In this document: positions 9,299 through 17,400 of the stretch, in pieces
How the letters are laid out: every line of letters begins with the position of its first letter
How positions within the stretch are numbered: position 1 is the stretch's first letter
Source: Candidatus Latescibacterota bacterium
GTDB lineage: Bacteria; Latescibacterota; UBA2968; UBA8231
DNA length: 64,000 bases
NCBI GenBank assembly: GCA_964291625.2
Contig: OZ220089.1
Span: 3,072,001 to 3,136,000, forward strand
Reading direction: 5' to 3'
Program-made: the position numbers and the translations under genes
The notes under the pieces: generated by a model
The model's database searches: none
Seen by the model: only the letters and a program-made list of their open reading frames with translations
Told to the model about the DNA's origin: nothing

Positions 9299-10507
9299 AT
9301 GAACCGCGAGTACTCAGTACGCGCCGTGCGCTGCGATCACCGGGCCCCCGACGAGGAAGTCTACGAGGCGCTGAAGCGCGCCACCGACCCCCTGACCCGG
9401 TCCTGGGAGAAGCTGGAGAGGGCGGGGCGCATCGCCCTCAAGTTCAACATGGGCCACACCAAGGTGGAGGAGTTCGAGGGCCGCCGCCGGGAGCTGGTGG
9501 ACGACGCCGTCTGCCGCGCCGTGCTGCGCCTGCTCCGGGAACGGACCTCGGCGAGCCTGGTGGCCAGCGACACCTTCGGACGCGAAGCCGACGGGCAGAC
9601 CACTCCCTACTTCAACTACAAGCCCCTCCTCGACGAGTTCGGCGTCGAGTACGACGAGTCGAACCTGCCTCCCTTCGCCGAGTACGACGTGCCGGGGGGC
9701 GGCTACATGTTCCGGCGCTACACCCTCAGCCGCTGCTGGAAGGAGGCGGACGAGGTGATCTCCGTGGCCAAGATGAAGAACCACCTCTTCATGGGAGTCA
9801 CCCTGTGCATGAAGAACCTCTTCGGCCTGACGCCGACGGTCCGGCCCGAGGGGCGCGTGCGCACCTACTTCCACCACGCCATCCGGCTGTCGTACGTGCT
9901 GCCCGACCTGGCGCGCATCACCAACCCCTGCCTCAACATCATCGACGCCCTCACCGGCCAGTGGGGCCGCGAGTGGGGCGGCGAGGGGCGGGTGTGCGAC
10001 GCCCTGATCGCCGGAGACCAGATCGTGGCCACCGACGCCGTGGGCGCCCACCTGATGGGCCACGATCCCGCCTCGGACTGGCCGCAGCCGCCCTTCCGCC
10101 GCGACCGCAACCACCTCCTCGTGGCCGCCCAAGGCGGGTTCGGCACCGTCGACCTCAACGAGATCGATCTCGTGAGCGAGGTGCAGGCGCCTCTGAACGA
10201 GTTCGACTCGGTGGAGGAGGACCCGCCCGAGCACATGGCCACGGTGCGCGAGACCGCCTGCGAGCAGGGCCTCTGGTACCGGGACCGCCGCCGCGAGATG
10301 GTCGACCGCTACCCGGGCGACTTCATCTATCTGCAGGACGGCGAGGTGAAGTGGAGCGGTGCGGACCCCGCCCACATCGGCAGCCACCGGGACTTCGCCG
10401 GCAGCCGGCCGGGTAGCGCACTCTTCCTGAAGCTGGTCGACCCGGAGGAGCGGGAGGGCGAGCGCTTCGAGGTGTATGAGGAGGGGCTGCGGCGCCTGCG
10501 CGCCTGA
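9299..10507 (+). CDS. DUF362 domain protein with a DUF5678-like C-terminal domain
   Basis: IALKFN, VISVAKMKNH, VTLCMKNLFG, DQIVATDAVG; tail YRDRRREMVDRYPGDFIYLQDGEV. Confidence 0.7.
   Translation: MNREYSVRAVRCDHRAPDEEVYEALKRATDPLTRSWEKLERAGRIALKFNMGHTKVEEFEGRRRELVDDAVCRAVLRLLRERTSASLVASDTFGREADGQTTPYFNYKPLLDEFGVEYDESNLPPFAEYDVPGGGYMFRRYTLSRCWKEADEVISVAKMKNHLFMGVTLCMKNLFGLTPTVRPEGRVRTYFHHAIRLSYVLPDLARITNPCLNIIDALTGQWGREWGGEGRVCDALIAGDQIVATDAVGAHLMGHDPASDWPQPPFRRDRNHLLVAAQGGFGTVDLNEIDLVSEVQAPLNEFDSVEEDPPEHMATVRETACEQGLWYRDRRREMVDRYPGDFIYLQDGEVKWSGADPAHIGSHRDFAGSRPGSALFLKLVDPEEREGERFEVYEEGLRRLRA
10196..10329 (+). repeat. 134-bp direct repeat, copy 1 (inside the DUF362 gene); copy 2 at 20166-20299
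   Basis: aacgagttcgactcggtggaggaggacccg...cttcatcta present twice, 9970 bp apart, with about 6 mismatches. Confidence 0.95.
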
Positions 10508-10532
10508 TCGGAGGCCGGCGACCTCAGGGCTC

Positions 10533-11064
10533 TTACTCGGCCATCCCCAGGCGATACCCGACCTTGGATTCGTTGAAGATGTAGGTGGGTTTCCGGGCTT
10601 CGTCTCCCAGCTTGCGGCGGATGCTCTTCACGGTCGAGCGCAACGTCCACCGGTCGGCGGAAGGCGGCAGGCCCCAGACCTGCTGCAGCAGATCGTCGTA
10701 GGCCACCGGCGTTCCCACATCGACGGCAAGCTCCACCAGCAGCCGGTACTCGGTGTCCCTCAACGGTACCCGCCGTCCGGCCAGGGTCACCCTTCTTCGG
10801 GCGTAGTCGACCGTCAACTTTCCGCCCCTCGGGCAAGTCCCCAGGGCCGCCGGTCCTCCTCCGTCATCCCGGAGGAGAGGAAGTCCCGGGGACTACGCGA
10901 ATCGTCCAGGAAGGTCATCACTCCGTAGCGGGCTCCCGTCAGCGACCGGGCCGAGTCCAGGCCCCTTGCAGCACCGTGGGGTAGTCAAGGCTCTCGTTGA
11001 TGCGCAGGCTGGCCTGGCTCAACCGGGTCAGGCGCTCCCGCAGGACCTCGTGGTCCCGTTCCAT
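10533..11064 (-). pseudogene. Internally deleted, frameshifted paralogue of the hybrid kinase/regulator at 20338-22725 (N-terminal stub joined to the OmpR-type DNA-binding domain)
   Basis: MERDHEVLRERLTRLSQAS and TVDYARRR...YIFNESKVGYRLG match both ends of the intact copy; about 1.85 kb missing at a junction near 10820. Confidence 0.9.
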
Positions 11065-11124
11065 ACTCGTCACCTCAGCAGGGGGGAAGAGGAACCAGTT
11101 GCGCCTCTGAGGCCTGATTTCCGA

Positions 11125-11230
11125 GCGCAACTCGTCCAAGAAAAGGCCACTTTCCACCACTTTCCACCCAAATACCATCAAAAGGCCCCTTATTTACACC
11201 TATTTCCCACTTCGGGGGAGTATATTTTCT
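11125..11230. promoter_or_regulatory. Divergent promoter region with phased CCAC/CCAT motifs and a TATATT box
   Basis: ccactttccaccactttccacccaaataccatc...ccacttcgggggagtatattt, recognisably conserved at about 22765-22840. Confidence 0.5.
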
Positions 11231-11432
11231 GAGAGACACCATTGTCGTATCCACGCCTGTTGTGTCCACGCCCGCACCGCCTACCGGGGCGGACGCGGAG
11301 ACGCGGCGGATACGCTGCAGATCGACGGATCGGGACAGGTGTCTTTCGAGCACGAGGCGCCGGACTACTCGGGGTGGCCTCAGGCTTTTCGGGCCAACAC
11401 CGCAGGTCATCTGACTCAACTGGAGAGGAACC

Positions 11433-14400
11433 ATGAAGGCACATTCACTTGCGGCCACTCTGATTCTGGCCCTCATACTAGGCACCCATGCCCAAGCCGT
11501 CGCCCAGTCCACGTGGACCATCAGCGAGGAGCCGGAGAACGGCGTCTGGGTCCAGAAGGATGGCAACCGTTTCTTCGCCGTTGGGCTTTGGGTATCCGAG
11601 CTCAACCGCGGTCTTGTCAAGAGGTTGCAGGCACAACCAGATGGGGACTCGAACTATGACCACTTCAATGTTGTGTACGTGCATAGGTTGGGCAGAGCTC
11701 TGGGCCTGGCCGACCCACTTTGCATGCGCAGTGACTGCACGCACCGCGACGGAATTGACGCTCAACTAGCCGACAGAGTTCTCATGAGCGGCGGAGCCAG
11801 TCTGGAATACGCGCTGACAGATAGGTTAGGCGAGGCCAGCGGATCGATCGGCAATTATCGGCCCTACGCGTCCAACGACGACTATTGGATAACCGCAAAT
11901 GGCAGTGAAACGCTCGCCGGTTATACAAAGTCCGATGATTCCGACAACCACGAAATCCTCGCGAATTACATAGGTAGCAAGGTCGTAACTGCCACGGAAG
12001 AGAAGCTCACGCAAGATGGGCTGGCTGGGTTGAGCGATGATTATATGGCAGATGAGCCTGAAGTGTACCGACAACACTGGTACTTGCCACCCAGTGTACT
12101 GGAGGCATACTACAAGAAGATCATAACGAATCCAAGTCCACGAAGACTTGCTGCCGTAGGATATGGCCCAATTCACGGGAATACTTATTTTTATGATCTC
12201 TGTATTCGGCAGAATCCTTCTGGTTTTCCGCGCCCATCAGACGTGCACTTCCCTCTTAATCGACACTTCGATTCTTGCATTGCCACTTGTGAGGGGAAGC
12301 CCAAGTCTGAGCAGGAGGGATGTAAGAAGAAGTGCATTGATCTAGACGACTATAAGAGAGCATATGAGACAGCACTTGGTATGGATGGGATGGCCACGAT
12401 CACCTCGTGTGGAGACCCGACCGTGACCGATGACACTGCTCCCAGTGGGAGTTATAATCCCAGATCGAGCGATGATTCCAATCTCGCAACCCATGTCCAA
12501 CAAGTAGTCAGACATTACAAGGACTATACCGACATACACATGATCAATAGCTATGCGGCGATCAATAAGGATGTCGCAAATGCCGGCAAGATTGTCAGTG
12601 CCATCAAGGCCGAGAGTCCCAAGCCTGTATGGATGTGGTTTCATGGCAGATATATGTTCGACGACCTGAACGACGAGGGGGACAACCGTCGTTCCTTTGA
12701 AGAGATAAGGGCGCAGGTGTACACTGCGATAGCGAGCGAGGCAACGGGAGTAATGATCTATACCGACGGAGAGACCTCCTCGACAGATCTGAGATATGCG
12801 GGGCGGCTCGCCGCTGCCTTGCACAGAAACCGGGACATACTGAGTGCCAAATATGGCACGACCGGCACAGTCCAGTGTGGTACAGCAGGTACAGGAGTGG
12901 CCTACTATGCAGTCAAAGCGGTGTCGAGAGGGGAGTCGACGGATGAGTATCTGCTGATCAGCAATCCGACGAACGGTACCTGCGAGGTTTCCTTGCCTCG
13001 TAGTCTTGGGGGACCTGTATCCTTGGGAGCCCGCGAGTCTCGGATCAGGCACTTGTTGAACCTGCAGGCGCAGTGGGTTGTCGACGGGGCCCATGTGTTC
13101 GCGCACGACAAGGCGAGGCTGACCTGGGACGACCCCGGCAACACGGCCATCACGGGATGGGAGTATCGGCAGCAGGAGGGCGACTCTGCCTGGGGTGCCT
13201 GGCAGGAGGCGTCTTCCAGCGCGAGTACGGTGACGAAGGTCGTTGAGGGCCTGAACATCTGGCGGACGTACCGGTTCCAGGTTCGGGCCCGCTATGCCGA
13301 CGGCACGGGGCCGGTCCCACTTCCACAATCGGGGGTGGCGGTGCTGTCCCCGTGGCTGGATTTCACGCAGGTGCCGACGGCGGCGCTTCTGGGGGGCGAC
13401 GGCAAGGCGCAGTTCGTGGTGGAGTTTGACTGGCCGGTGGACCGTCCGGATCTGCCGGAGGGCTCGCGGCGGATTCTGCCGGGGAATCTCCAGGTGCAGG
13501 TTGTGACGGTCCCGGCGACGGGGGAGAAAACGGAGAGCGAGTTCGTGGCCCTGTCCTCCATCGAGGAGGTCCTGCCGGGGGCGGCCTTGGCCGAGGCTCC
13601 TCTCGAGGACCTGCCGCCGGGCGAGGAGCCGGCCTCCGGCGAGGCGGGCGCCCGCGCTTCGAGCGCTTCCTCCCGGGCGGTCTCGTCCTTCGGGGTGTCG
13701 GGCCTGAAGAACGGCGTGACCTACCAGTTCAAGGTGCGCCTGGTCCGTCCGGACGGGGTGACGGGCCCGGCGTCGGCAACCGGCTCGTTGCTCGGTCTGC
13801 GGCAGAGACGCACCGGGGCCGTGGCGTTGAGCTGGACCGTTCCGGCCGATCCGGGCAAGTCGGCCATCACGGCCTGGCAGTACCGGCAGCAGGCCGGCAG
13901 CGAGTCGTGGGGGTTGTGGCAGAGTGTGACCCGCAGCACGGGGTCGACGACGTCGCATACGGTGACGGGCCTCGGCGCGGCGGAGACCTACCGGTTCCAG
14001 GTGCGGGGGATCGGGCCGGGGGGGCCGTTTGCGGAATCGTTCACGGTGTCGGCTCCGGCGGTGCCGTCGCCGCCGCAGAATTTCACGGCGGTGGCCGGGG
14101 ACGGGCAGGTGTTGGTGACCTGGCAGGCGCCGGCGTCGACGGGGGGGTCGTCCCTGCTGGGCTATCACTACAAGGAGAGCGGCGGCGGGCGCACGACGGG
14201 CTGGATCGAGTTCCAGAAGAGTTGGACTCGCTACCTGCCGCAGAATCTGAAGAACGGGGTGGCCTACACCATCGAGGTGCGGGCCTACAACGGGGCGGGG
14301 GCGGGGGCGTCGGTGGACACGACGGTCACGCCGGCGGGGGCGCCGCGGGCGCCGGGGGACTTCACGGCGGCGCCCGGCGACGGGCAGGTGGCGTTGAGTT

Positions 14401-17400
14401 GGACCGCGGCCGACTCGAACGGCGCACCGATCACCGCCTACGAGGTTCAGTATGCCCCCAAGAGCCACTCGGGGGCCGAGGTGGACTGGTCGGACGTGAC
14501 CTGGTCGGTGGTGCCGGGGGATTCGACGGCGCGGGACACGACGATCACCGAGCTGAGCAACGGCACGCCGTATGGGTTCCGGGTGGCGGCCCGGAACCGG
14601 GTGAACCTCGGGACCCCGGCCGAGAAGGAGGCGACGCCGCAGGGCAACCGGGGCAACCGGCCGCCGGTGATCACGGCGCCGGACACGGTGTGGTTCGCCG
14701 AACACCGCAGCGACTCGGTGGCCACGCTGTCGGCCGCGGATCCGGAAGACGACGCCGTCACCTGGTCGCACGCGGGGGCGGATGTGGACCGCTTCGAGGT
14801 GCGGGGGGACAGCCTCTACTTCAAGATGACGCCCGCCTTCCCGTCGCCCGACTTCGAGGCGCCGGCGGACGCGGACGAGGACAACTTCTACCAGGTGACG
14901 CTCACGGCCACCGACGACGGGGAGCCGGCGGCCTCGGCCTCCCACGCCATGACGGTGGCGGTGACCAACGCGCCGGAGGCGGGCCGGGTGACCCTGAACA
15001 CGATGGAGCCGAGGGTGGGCATGCACCTGACGGCCACCCTGACCGACCCGGACCAAGGCGTGGCCCACGACCGCTGGAGCTGGGAGGAGCTGGACGGCGC
15101 CTCGTCCGCCCGGCAGCGGACGCAGCCCCCGGCGCAGAGCCAGCGCTACACGGTGGAGGACCGGGTCAAGGGCCGGCGCCTGCTGGCCAAGGTCACCTAT
15201 ACCGACGGGCATGGTCCGGACCGGGCGGTCAGCGACACCACGGCGGCGGTGCGGGCGAACGTGCCGGGCCCGCCGGGCGACCTGCAGGCCGAGGAGGGCG
15301 ACGAACAGGTGGAGCTGACCTGGACGGCGGCGGCGGCCCACGGCTCGGCCATCGACCGCTACGAGTTGCGCTACCGCCGCAGCGAGTCGAGCTGGGCCGG
15401 CCGCGACTGGTCGGAGGTCCCGGGCGGGGGCGGCGCCCGGGACACCACGGTGACGGGTCTGACCAACGACATCGAGTACGTGTTCCAGGTGTGGGCCCAC
15501 AATGGCGAGGGCTACGGCCGGGCGGACAGTGTCCGGGCGACGCCGCAGGGCAACCGCGGCAACCGGCCCCCGGTGATCACGGAACCTGACACGGTGTGGT
15601 TCGCCGAACACCGCACCGACTCGGTGGCCACGCTGTCGGCCACGGACCCGGAAGGCCAGGCCATCGCCTGGTCGCACGCGGGGGCCGATGTCGGGTTGTT
15701 CAAGGTGCGGGGGGACAGCCTCTACTTCAAGATGACGCCCGACTTCGAGGCGCCGGCGGACGCGGACGAGGACAACTTCTACCAGGTGACGCTCACGGCC
15801 ACCGACGACGGCGAGCCGGCGGCCTCGGCTTCCCACGACATGACGGTGGCGGTAACCAACGCGCCGGAGGCGGGCCGGGTGACTCTGAACACGACGCAGC
15901 CGAGGGTGGGCATGCACCTGACGGCCACCCTGACCGACCCGGACCAAGGCGTGATCAACGACCGCTGGAGCTGGGAGGAGCTGGGCGGCGCGTCCTCCGC
16001 CGGGCAGCGGACGCAGCCCCCGGCGCAGAGCCAGCGCTACACGGTGGAGGACCGGGTCAAGGGCCGGCGCCTGCTGGCCAAGGTCACCTATACCGACGGG
16101 CATGGTCCGGACCAGGCGGTCAGCGACACCACGGCGGCGGTGCGGGCCAACGTGCCGGGGGCGCCTGGGTCTCTGCAAGCGACGGCCGGCGACGGCCGGG
16201 TGACCCTGGGCTGGACCGTGGCCGACAGCAACGGGGCGTGGATCACCGGGTATGCCTACCGGGACAGTGCCCACACGGCCGGGTCCACGTGGTCGGCGTG
16301 GCCCGAGACCCCGCCGATCGCCGGCGATGCCACGAGCCACCCCGTCACGGGGCTGGACAACGGCACTGGGTACACCTTCGAGGTGCGGGCCGTCAATCCG
16401 GTGGGCGCAGGGCCGGCCTCGAGCCCGGCCTCGGCCACGCCGGACGCGGACCCGGAATGCGTGATCACGGTCTCGGAGGTCTCGAAGACGGATGTTCCGG
16501 AAAACTCGACGCCCACGGTCGGGGTGTACGAGGCGTCGGCCAATTCGTCCTGCGGCCCTCTGACGTGGAGCCGGACGGGCTCGGACGCCAGCAGGTTCCA
16601 GGAGCTGCGCGCTGTGACCGGGCACCCCAACCGGAGGTCCCTGCACTTCGTCTCGGCGCCCAACTACGAGGAGAAGCGCATCTACTCCGTCACGATCCGG
16701 GTGAGCGATCCGTCCGGCAGCGCGGGCACTTTCCCGAGGGTGGTCCGGGTGACCGACGTCAACGAGCCGCCGGTGATCACGGGGCCGGCCAGCAAGTCGG
16801 TGCCCGAGAATACCCCCACGACGACCACGGTGGCCACCTACACCGCCACCGATCCGGAGGGCCACAGCGTTACCTGGAGTGTTCTGGGCACGGACGCCGC
16901 CGACTTCCAGGATCTCTCCGACAGCGGGGCCTTGCGCTTCGGCTCGGTACCAAACTTCGAGTCGGCCGCCGATGCGGACACCGACAACAGCTACAGCCTC
17001 AACGTCGTGGCCACGGACAACGGCTCGCCGACGGCGTCCTCGAGCAAGCCGGTGACGGTGACGGTGACCAACCGGCCCGAGGCAGGCCGGATCACCCTGT
17101 CCCCATCCACGCCGATGACGTGCGCCCACGTGAACGCCACCCTCGAGGACGTCGACGGCGGGATCACTACGCAGGCTTCCGCATCTCCGACGACTCCGCC
17201 GACGTTCACCTACGGATGGAAGTGGGTCCCGCCGAGCGCGGGGCCCAGCGGTTCGTCGGGGACCTCCACGACCCGGAGCTACCTGCCGGCCAATTCGAGC
17301 GTGGGCCAGACGGTGCAGGTGACCGTGAGATACGGGGATCGGGCCTCGGACCGGAATACGGCCACCCTGACCTCGGGGGCGGTGGCCGCCAACACCCCGC

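Noticed and set aside
11147-11170. GTGG repeats at 10-bp spacing as MraZ boxes
   Set aside because: No mraZ/dcw genes nearby; better explained by the adjacent OmpR-type regulator
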